This document shows, one piece after another, positions 53,828-64,000 of a stretch of 64,000 nt of DNA. This DNA comes from Eledone cirrhosa. Taxonomy: Eukaryota. Numbering within the stretch: the first letter of the stretch is position 1; the number at the start of each line of letters is the position of its first letter. The stretch is from NCBI GenBank assembly GCA_964016885.1, contig OZ024740.1:139810001-139874000 (forward strand), given 5' to 3'. Both the position numbers and the translations under genes were made by a program. The notes below the pieces were generated by a model, which did not search any database, was not told where the DNA came from, and saw only the letters and a program-made list of their open reading frames with translations.

Positions 53828-55555
53828 GGTGTTTTGTTTTGTTTTTTCGTCTATCGACACGTGTTTCTGTCAGCACTCGTAAGTTTGTTGTTATTCCCAT
53901 TAATATCCAACGTGTTTTGTTGAACATCTGATATTCTTTTATAGTTAAACTAACCAGTATATTTGTGAGCTGGTTATTTCTCTACCTGTAACCCTTAAAG
54001 GTTAAACCTGTGTTTGCATTCAAAGCCCGTCCCTCAATTTTTGTTCCTAAATAAGATAGTGGACAACGATTTTACTGCCGCAAGACAGAACAGCCGACTG
54101 TCCACAGAGTGGAAAAGTCAAAATTCATAAACAATGATAGCAGTAGCAACAACAACAACAACTCTGCACGGGAAAATTATGAAATAAATTTTCAGGATTT
54201 AAAAAAAAAATCTACTCCCCCGTCTACAACACAAGAACTAAAAAAATAAAATGAACACAATAAAAAACAACAGCAACACCATCACCACCAAAATTATCAC
54301 TACCACCACCACTGCAACAACAAAAACATATCAGAAGTAAAAAATAATAATAATAATAACGCAGACAACGACAACACAGCAGCAACAACAACAATACATT
54401 TGCTGTAACGGCTGCCAAAGGAACAGAACATTTTATCATGAACATTTTGGAAAAAGACATGTTTGACCCAAGCGGCCAAATTGATCAAATTAGAAAAGTC
54501 ATAGGTTGATGTATCTACAAACATGACACGGCTGGAGCCAGCGAATCTGACCGGCGTAGAAAGAGCACTGAAGGAAATTGTGGTTGACATACAGCACATC
54601 GTGAGATCAGGCAGTTTAGAGGAATTTCAGTGCCCCTTAAGAGTGAAGCCATTGCCGTTAAACACACTTTTTTACCCGCTCGGAACGATAAGTATATTCT
54701 CTACCCATCTTATTTGGAAGGAGGACAGTAAAGGTCAAGATTTTCGGGATCCTGCCATAGGTGAATATCTGGTGAATATTGGCCTGCATCATCCTGGAAG
54801 GAAGTAACTTCTTCCTGGGAGTGTAACGGGCTCCACGAGATAACTAGTCTGGTGTAAGTGTGAAGGTACTACTACACATCGAACCAGGTAATATCCTCAA
54901 GATCCCAGGCCTTAACGGAGGATGGGGAATCACAAGCCCCCCTTGCTGCCGACTTCAGAACCTCAAAAACCACAACACCAACACTACTAACATCGGAACA
55001 ACAACAACAGCTGCACAAACCCCAGTAGTAGAAGCAGCATCAACAACTGTGCCAGAAAACCCAACACCTGCAGCGGTAGATCCAATACCAATAGCAACAG
55101 CAACACCAACCACAGCAGCAGTGGAAATACCGTCACAGCACCAACAACAGAAAGAAAAATGACAGACGTCAAAAGCACCCAGGGTATCTCCAATCGAAGC
55201 TCTCTCACACCCTGCCCCTATCTCCATTAAATACAAACACGTACATTGACACTCACACAACACAAACACTCCCAACCATATCCAAGACATCTGAAGTGAA
55301 GATGAAGGGGAACCTCAAAAACTAAAAAGAAAAGGGAAAACACAAAAATCCACTTGTCTCGCACCAAAGCACATACCAGAAAACACAGAAAACAGAACCA
55401 CAACAAAACAAATACAGACACACCTACAAAAACATCAACCCCACCAACATCACAACCGGCAACACAACCAGCGCTACCACCAACGCCACCTGCACTATCG
55501 CAACCATAACTACCTACAAAAGAAAACACACAACCATAACCAACCCCACAGGCAC
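53828..55555 (+). mobile_element. Degenerate 5'UTR and ORF1 of an older Tx1-like copy in tandem
   Basis: Starts directly after the (ATT)n. Same layout as ORF1 at 48456: Asn-rich run, TFAVTAA, central domain remnants, Thr/Pro-rich then Lys-rich segments; many stops. Confidence 0.55.
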
Positions 55556-55687
<132 letters not shown>

Positions 55688-55726
55688 ATATTAAATAAAT
55701 GGAAACTATATTTATAAAACCATATT

Positions 55727-55787
55727 TATTCTATTATATATATTTCAAGGGTACCAAAACTTTAGTACGTCCTCATCAGATAAAATA
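55727..55787 (-). ncRNA. Type I hammerhead ribozyme motif (same family as 20388-20448)
   Basis: Reverse complement reads TATTTTAT-CTGATGA-GGACGTACTAAAGTTTTGGTACCCTT-GAAA-TATATA-TA-ATAGAATA. Confidence 0.7.
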
Positions 55788-55878
55788 CAAAGTTTGTTTT
55801 ATAAATATTGACATAACCAGGAAGAAGTACTTAACGGTTCAAGTTTTTCTTGGATAGTTTTTTCTGAATATCCCTTTT

Positions 55879-55913
<35 letters not shown>

Positions 55914-56245
55914 CAAAAGGGATATTCAGAAAAAACTATAATTGCTGTGGGATGCTTGAAACGTCCGTATGCGGTAGGCCGTTTGAGCACTCGATGCTCT
56001 TACAGAGCAGAGTATAATATCACATAAGAAATGGAGAATCAGTGGTGCGACGAATTAAAATGCATTAGACATATTACAATCGTTTCTCTGGTGACATGGA
56101 AACTCTGCTTCGAAAGATCGAGACGTACCTGAGGATCTTGCGATTTCAGAGTCACGTTCGATCATCGCATCGATCGGGCCTTGAGCTGATCGCCAGAGAA
56201 ACGATCGCACCATTGATTCTCCGTTTCTTATGTGATATATATATA

Positions 56246-56305
<60 letters not shown>

Positions 56306-56668
56306 AATTAAGATAAATCAAAGTGAATTTAATCTAAATCAAAATTATGGGTGCCATGCCAGTTGTAAAAATTATCCCCTGTGATTGTTTCATATGTTTA
56401 TTTATATGTTAATCAAGTTCTAGTTGTTATATATATATATATATATATGTATGTATTTGAAAAGGGGGTAAGGTTATACAAAACAGTGATTATAGAGAAT
56501 GATTATAGGAATAGGTGAAATTGGAAATAGCACGGAAAATATATTTAAGGATCTGTTTTTCTTTTTTTTTTTTCCTTTCTTTGATTCGTCAAAGTGAGAT
56601 TATTGAAGAAAATGAGAGGGACAATTCTTTAAAAAAAGAGTTTTATAATATACATAAAATATATAAAA

Positions 56669-56715
56669 TATAACCAGTTTCGGTGTATTAGTAAAATCCA
56701 TCTTATCAAATGTTG
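56669..56715 (-). ncRNA. Decayed hammerhead motif, U3:A8 variant
   Basis: Reverse complement reads CAACAT-TTGATAA-GATGGA...TACACC-GAAA-CTGG-TT-AT; homologous to 16352-16399. Confidence 0.4.
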
Positions 56716-56816
56716 AGTATTACAATTAAAAAGAATTTAAAACAATTTAGAATTAAAAATTAAAGATTTAAAATTAAGTGTTGAGGCAAGTTTGTTCATC
56801 TTTCTTGTTGAGAAGA

Positions 56817-56861
<45 letters not shown>

Positions 56862-57553
56862 GGTAATCCGATAATGATCACTCAGTTGTACGATCAAGTG
56901 AACGTTCAGCTTGAGAATTAGCCTGTACTTTGTTACTGTGTTGCGTATTTCACAGATACATGTGTCCCTAACGTCATGTTCTATGTGCTAGAGACCAGAC
57001 CTTTGAATTACAGCTACATTTCAATGAGCTTCCATATAGTTTCTGTTTTACAATTTTTTTTCACAAGACTTGCCAAAGATACTTTGCAGTGGGATCGAAA
57101 CGGAAAACTCATGATTACGAAGCGAACATCTTAACCATTCAGGTGTGTTTAAATGTTTTATCATTTTAAAAGAAATATCCATTAATAATATATATTACAT
57201 TTAATCCGATATCGTCTCAGCCTGCAAGAAAGTACCCAGTGTGAGACTGGATTATGTTTGGCAGTGATGGACTTGATCCAACTCTCACAAACTCAAATTT
57301 AAATTTATATCACTTGCACGTGTCCGCGTATATGGGCACACTTGCTCGTGCAATGCACATATATACACACCACCCTCACGCACGCACACATAAACAATAC
57401 ATGTACACCCAACGCGTAGAGCCTCATTTGCATAACACCATTACAAAAGCAGATGACGTAAGAAACAAACTGGCAGAATATGCAAGTCAATCTATCTATC
57501 TATCTATCTATAATTTAATAAATAAATAAAGAAATATATCTATCTATCTATTT

Positions 57554-57592
57554 GTCCCCTTCTTTTGTGCCCCTGTGGCTAATAAAGAAATA
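57554..57592 (+). mobile_element. 39-bp extreme 3' end of the Tx1 family at 31592-35793
   Basis: GTCCCCTTCTTTTGTGCCCCTGTGGCTAATAAAGAAATA is identical to the element's 3' end; TATCTATCTATCTATTT on both sides. Confidence 0.85.
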
Positions 57593-57596
57593 TATC

Positions 57597-57659
<63 letters not shown>

Positions 57660-57810
57660 CTGCCTATCTGTTAATCTGTCTTTCTATCTATTATCTGTAT
57701 GTCTGCCCTATATATATATATATTTTTTTTTTAATATATATATACATATATATATACATTATGTCTGCCCTATATGTGTGTGTGTATATATATATACATT
57801 ATGTCTGCCC

Positions 57811-57874
<64 letters not shown>

Positions 57875-57911
57875 GGACAGACATAATGTCTGTGTAAATA
57901 GATAGATAGAC

Positions 57912-57992
<81 letters not shown>

Positions 57993-58261
57993 CAGGCCAG
58001 GGCCTTTCCTCATCATCTTTAACTTTATTTTCTTCTCCCTCTTTCCCTCTCCACCTCCGCTTCCACCTCCCCGTCTACTACTTCATATTCCCCTCCTCAT
58101 TCTCTTCCTCATTCTCCCCAACCTCTTTTTTCTTATTCACCTTTTCCTCCGCCTCTTTTATCTCTGTTCCATGTTCCTCTCTTCCTTGTTTATTCCGTCT
58201 TCTCTCAGTCCCTCTCTTTCAATCTCTCTATCTATCTCTCTCTTTCGCTCCCTCGTTCCCA

Positions 58262-58292
<31 letters not shown>

Positions 58293-58859
58293 GTTCTCAG
58301 TCTCCCTCTCAGTCTATCTCCTCCCTCTCTCTCTCCCTCTCTCTCTCTGTCTCGTTCTCAGTCTCCCTCTCAGTCTATCCCCCCCCCCTCTCTCTCGAGG
58401 TAGGTGGGTAGAAAAGGGATATGTATCAAGTGTAGATGTCAGAGTGAGAGGGTGGATGTGAGATGAATGAATTGTGCAGTACAGCAGAGAGGGGGAGTGA
58501 TTGGGGCGTGGACGAGAAAAATATGCTGCTTGCTTGCAAACCAACACCAAGATCCATCTGACCCCACCCCACCAGCCCAGGATCTGCTGGAGAGGAATTG
58601 GGGTATGTGAAAAGACAGGCAAGGAGGAGTACTTGTATATCGGGGTATAGTAAAGTATTAATGTGCCTGGTGGTGGTGGTGGTGGTGCGTGGGTGTGTTA
58701 CAGGGGTGACGGAGTAAAGGATGAAGATGTAGACCTAACATATTTTTTCTTTTTCTTTTCTCTTTCCTTCTGTTTTTAGTTTAGGACACCGTGGTCGTTC
58801 TACCTCGTCACCATCACCTCTATGAACATTACCATCCCCCAACGCCGCTTCCATATCAA

Positions 58860-59400
58860 CACCATCACCACCACCATCACCTCTTATGAACACCACCTCC
58901 ATGAACACCAGCCTCACCACAACCTCCATGAACATCACCAACACCACCAACACCACCACCACCACCACCATAAAAATTACCATTACCACCGCCACCACCA
59001 CCGCCACCATAAAAATTACCATTACCACCGCCACCACCACCACCACAACCGCCAAAACTATTACCACCACCACCACCACCACCATAAAAATTACCATTAC
59101 CACCACCACCACCACCAAAACTACTACCAGCACCACCACAACAACAACCACCACCATCACCACAACCACCAAAACTACCACCACCACCACAACCACCAAA
59201 ACTACTACCACCACCACAACCACCAAAACTACCACCACCAGCAGCAGCACCACCACCACCACCACCACCACCACCATTACCACCATCACCATTCTTTTCT
59301 TCCTTATGATCATCAGTAACAGCAGCAACATTAGCGTCATTGTCTTCATCATAAGCATCATGATAATAATCATTATATCCACCACCATCATCATCACCCT
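58860..59400. repeat. (ACC)n-rich low-complexity tract
   Basis: Degenerate trinucleotide repeat with AAAA.TACC subunits. Confidence 0.85.
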
Positions 59401-59407
59401 CATTATC

Positions 59408-59865
59408 ATAACCTCCATCGCCATAACCTCCATCGTCATAACCTCCATCGTCATAACCTCCATCGCCATAACCTCCATCGTCATAACCTCCATCGCCATA
59501 ACCTCCATCGTCATAACCTCCATCGCCATAACCTCCATCGTCATAACCTCCATCGCCATAACCTCCATCGTCATAACCTCCATCGTCATAACCTCCATCG
59601 TCATAACCTCCATCGCCATAACCTCCATCGTCATAACCTCCATCGTCATAACCTCCATCGTCATAACCTCCATCGCCATAACCTCCATCGCCATAACCTC
59701 CATCGTCATAACCTCCATCGTCATAACCTCCATCGTCATAACCTCCATCGTCATAACCTCCATCGTCATAACCTCCATCGTCATAACCTCCATCGTCATA
59801 ACCTCCATCGTCATAACCTCCATCGTCATAACCTCCATCGCCATAACCTCCATCGTCATAACTCC
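59408..59865. repeat. 15-bp minisatellite (about 30 units)
   Basis: ATAACCTCCATCG[T/C]C repeated, with one variable position. Confidence 0.95.
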
Positions 59866-60034
59866 TATCATTACACTCTAATTCATCATCATTAAAGTTA
59901 ACCTAATCAACATCATCACCATAATCATCATTAAGTTCACTAACTATATCATGCACCCTTTTACCCCTTGAGACGACAATAACAACAAACTTGTCACTGC
60001 AGACCCTTCTATTACATACAAACAACTATCAACG

Positions 60035-61087
60035 TCGCCACCACCATCGCCATCGCTACCAGTGCCGCTCCGCCACCACCAAAACCACCACTACCACCAC
60101 CACCAATGTCACCATCGCTACCAGTGCCGGCCCCGCCACCACCAAAACCACCACTACCACCACCACCAATGTCACCATCGCTACCAGTGCCGGCCCCGCC
60201 ACCACCAAAACCACCACTACCACCACCACCAATGTCACCATCGCTACCAGTGCCGGCCCCGCCACCACCAAAACCACCACTACCACCACCACCACCATCG
60301 CCATCGCTACCAGTGCCGCTCCGCCACCACCAAAACCACCACTACCACCACCACCAATGTCACCATCGCTACCAGTGCCGGCCCCGCCACCACCAAAACC
60401 ACCACTACCACCACCACCAATGTCACCATCGCTACCAGTGCCGGCCCCGCCACCACCAAAACCACCACTACCACCACCACCAATGTCACCATCGCTACCA
60501 GTGCCGGCCCCGCCACCACCAAAACCACCACTACCACCACCACCACCATCGCCATCGCTACCAGTGCCGGCCCCGCCACCACCAAAACCACCACTACCAC
60601 CACCACCACCATCGCCATCGCTACCAGTGCCGGCCCCGCCACCACCAAAACCACCACTACCACCACCACCAATGTCACCATCGTTACCAGTGCCGGCCCC
60701 GCCACCACCAAAACCACCACTACCACCACCACCAATGTCACCATCGCTACCAGTGCCGGCCCCGCCACCACCAAAACCACCACTAACACCACCACCAACG
60801 CCATCGCTACCAGTGCCGGCCCAGCCATCACCAAAACCACCACTACCAACGCCATCGCTACCAGTGCCGGCCCCGCCACCACCAAAACCATCACTACCAC
60901 CACCACCAACGCCATCGCTACCAGTGCCGGCCCCGCCACCACCAAAACCACCACCAACACCACTACCAACGCCATCGCTACCAGTGCCGGCCCCACCACC
61001 ACCAAAACCACCACTAACACCACCACCAACGCCATCGCTACCAGTGCCGGCCCCGCCACCACCAAAACCACCACTACCACCACTACT
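60035..61087. repeat. Minisatellite of about 63 bp (about 17 units)
   Basis: GTCACCATCGCTACCAGTGCCGGCCCCGCCACCACCAAAACCACCACTACCACCACCACCAAT and variants. Confidence 0.95.
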
Positions 61088-62369
61088 CTGACCTATACAC
61101 ATACAGCGAGGTCAATGCCTTGCCTCTCACAAAACATCATTCACGAGGGAGCATCCAAGTGGACGTTGAACCAGTTAAAAATATCGTCCAAATCTCCCTC
61201 AAACCTCTTCTTACTGTTATAAATAATGTAGTCATAGACACCCCTATAAAAGGTGGTGGTCACGGCTTAAATAATTTTAATCATAGGTCTTCTAAATCAG
61301 AGATTACCTCGGACTAAACAACATATATTTATGATGGGGCCTCTACATTGTCGCTCGACCTTCCAGAAATAACAACGAAATTTCTCTCACATACACCTTA
61401 ACGTTTTAAAAATGTATTCTAAATATACAAAAAGACTTAGTAGTCATGGATCTTTCATCTTAGATCCGCTCAATAAAAGCTGACCTTAGGTTAAACAGAA
61501 CAAAAGGAGCACTAATAACAGTGTATGATTTTGTATTTATGTATTTAGGCGCGTGTCTTATTGGTTAGGGTGTATGCGTGTTGTTTCCTTGAGCAAGACA
61601 CTTTATTTCACGCTGCTCCAGTCCATCCAACTGGGAAAAACTTAGTTATATCTATTATTCAAAAGCCAGCCATGTCACATACTGTGTCACTCTGAATCTC
61701 TCTGAGAATTACGTTCAGTGTACATGTCTGTGGAATGCTCAGCCACTTGCACGTTAATTTCCCGAGCAGGCTGTTCCGTTGATCAAACAACTAGAACACT
61801 GTTTATGTGTTTATATGTGTATATGTACATCAACTCATTTCCATCTGTTTGCCATCTATCTATTTATATAACTACCTACCTATGTGTCTATCCATATAAC
61901 CAACTACTTACCTATTAATTTATCTACCTACCTAAATATCCATTTCTCCAGCAATCTAGCTATCTAGCTAGCTTCTTCCTATTTCTCTACCTTGCCCTCT
62001 ATCTAGCAGTCGATTATTTATTTCTACATATCTATCTACTTTAATGTCTCTCTATCTAGCCAGCTGTCTTTCTAGCTTACCATGCACCTATTTGTCTATC
62101 TATTTTCTTTTATTCTTTTCCTGGTTTCAGGCATTAGACTGTGACCCTGTTGGGGTGTGGAAAACTTTATCTTTCCTAAATAAAATTGAAGCACCTCCCC
62201 TCTTCGTTGACTTCCACTTTCGTTGTCTTTCTCACCCTCTCCATAAATTTCTATATACATGTACATATGTGTGTGTCTGTATGAAGGTGGGGTTAGTAAT
62301 TGTATGCATGTATGAATAGATGTATGTAGGTGCCTGTGTGGGCGTGTATTTATGCATTATTTATATATA

Positions 62370-62640
62370 TTGTTTCTACTTTTGGTACAAGGCCAGCAAT
62401 TATCCTAGTGTATTACTAGTACTTTATTTTATCGACCCCGTAAGGATGAAAGGCAAAGTTAAATCGGTAGAGAGTCGGGCACCGTGCTTTGCAGCATAGA
62501 GTTACGGCCCTTTATGATCTGAGTTCAAATCCCATCGGGGTTGACTTTGCCTTTCATCCTTACGGGGTTGATAAAATAAAATACCAGTAATGCACTGGGT
62601 AATTGCTGGCCTTGTGCCAAAAGTAGAAACAATTATTTAT
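62370..62640. mobile_element. Two SINE copies head-to-head forming an imperfect palindrome
   Basis: 62370-62462 (- strand, 3' half) and 62465-62640 (+ strand, B box GAGTTCAAATCC at 62521). Confidence 0.8.
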
Positions 62641-62716
62641 ACATATTGTTGCATTTCATAATCGGACTTCACCACTCATATTTTTTCAGATAACCCATAT
62701 GATTATGTGTATGCTT

Positions 62717-62762
<46 letters not shown>

Positions 62763-63316
62763 AAAGTTATATCTGTATATATAAAAGTAAGCGAAACTGC
62801 GTACATGTGTTTTATAAATTTTGCACATTTTTTCGTATATAGATAAAGAAACTTATTTCCCTGCAAACTGAAAAAGTGATGAAAGCTCGATGAGGTTTGA
62901 AACCGGTTAAAAGTATTTATCAAAATTTTATTATTTAACATTTTTTTAAATTCCATCTATATAACCTGAACCTACGAAAATGTATTTTTGTAAAATTTAA
63001 AATAAAAAGACATCGTGTTTTATTGATATTTAAAGGGATTATGACAGCTGCTTTCGGTAAAGCGTTATGGAATAAATTGTTCTTAAATATATACATTTCA
63101 ATTGACGTTCTAATGATTTATAATTGCATTCGTTACCTGAGTATCCAAATATCCAGTGTTTATATGTATAAGTATATATATATATATATTTAAAGTAGTG
63201 ACATAGTCACTACTTTAAAACAATAGCGTAAGGTCTTCAAAATGCTTTTAATTAAGCATACAGTGTATTGCAAAATACACTATATATACATTCATATATA
63301 TATATTATATATATAT

Positions 63317-63357
<41 letters not shown>

Positions 63358-64000
63358 GTAGAAAGTGAGGGTTTTTTTTTACAAAATGAAAAATAACCGA
63401 GGTGTCCTACACGAGTGAAAGTATAAAGAAAAAAACATGAAATCGAAAATGCAACTGGAATCTTATTTTTATAAATATATATATATATTTTTTTTAAATA
63501 AGACTCCAGTTGCATTTTCGATTTCATCTTTTTTTCTTCATATATATCAATGGAAAAAATGAAACGAAATTTCATTTCTCACTCTTAGTACGGCTGTTAC
63601 TTAAATATAAGTATGTATACGTACATGCATATATGTATACAGACGTACAGTAGTATGTATATATATATACATACATGCACACATATATATATGTACGTAT
63701 GGATTCACCGAACATTCATTATAATGCTCGGTGTGTTTGTACACAAACATCCCGAATTAAGCCTACAGTGTTTAGCAACCATCGTTGCCCTTTTGTTCAA
63801 CACTGACAAAGGAACGATGTACTAGTTTCAAGCTTATTAGCTATCGTCAGCACCGTATACCTTCCTGCCAGATGATTGAACATCTGAAAGTATATACTTT
63901 CCTTATGCATATTAACGGCTGATCAGCCTAATTTTCATATCGAGTAAGTTAATCGACCGGGCGCACCGAAAACGATAAACGGAAAAAATGAAACGAATTT

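Noticed and set aside
59408-61087. CRISPR-like arrays
   Set aside because: Units are contiguous with no unique spacers, there are no cas genes, and the context is eukaryotic; these are minisatellites.

Overview
This is AT-rich, microsatellite-saturated animal DNA, most likely from an octopus or other cephalopod (inferred from the SINE family and the (TA)n/(CA)n/(GATA)n density). No host protein-coding gene is recognisable, and most predicted ORFs are simple-repeat artefacts. Real coding remnants are: two long Tx1/L1-clade non-LTR retrotransposons (about 31.6-35.8 kb, 5'-truncated; about 48.0-53.8 kb, near full length) plus five fragments, a Helitron PIF1-helicase fragment, an RTE C-terminal fragment and possibly decayed Tc1/mariner pieces. 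There are also many tRNA-derived SINEs, non-autonomous Helitrons, a piggyBac-type MITE and several minisatellites. The most striking signal is non-coding: short inserts from several unrelated families sit inside (TA)n tracts, are often arranged as palindromes, and carry at least 10 hand-foldable type I hammerhead ribozyme motifs. These include a recurrent U3:A8 core variant (UUGANAA) and palindromic minimal stems III, and many inserts share a GAGYRCTY motif 35-60 nt from the (TA)n junction. This resembles a Penelope-like or retrozyme-like system. The two Tx1 families also appear to target different microsatellites, (TATC)n versus (ATT)n. All folds and alignments were done by eye.
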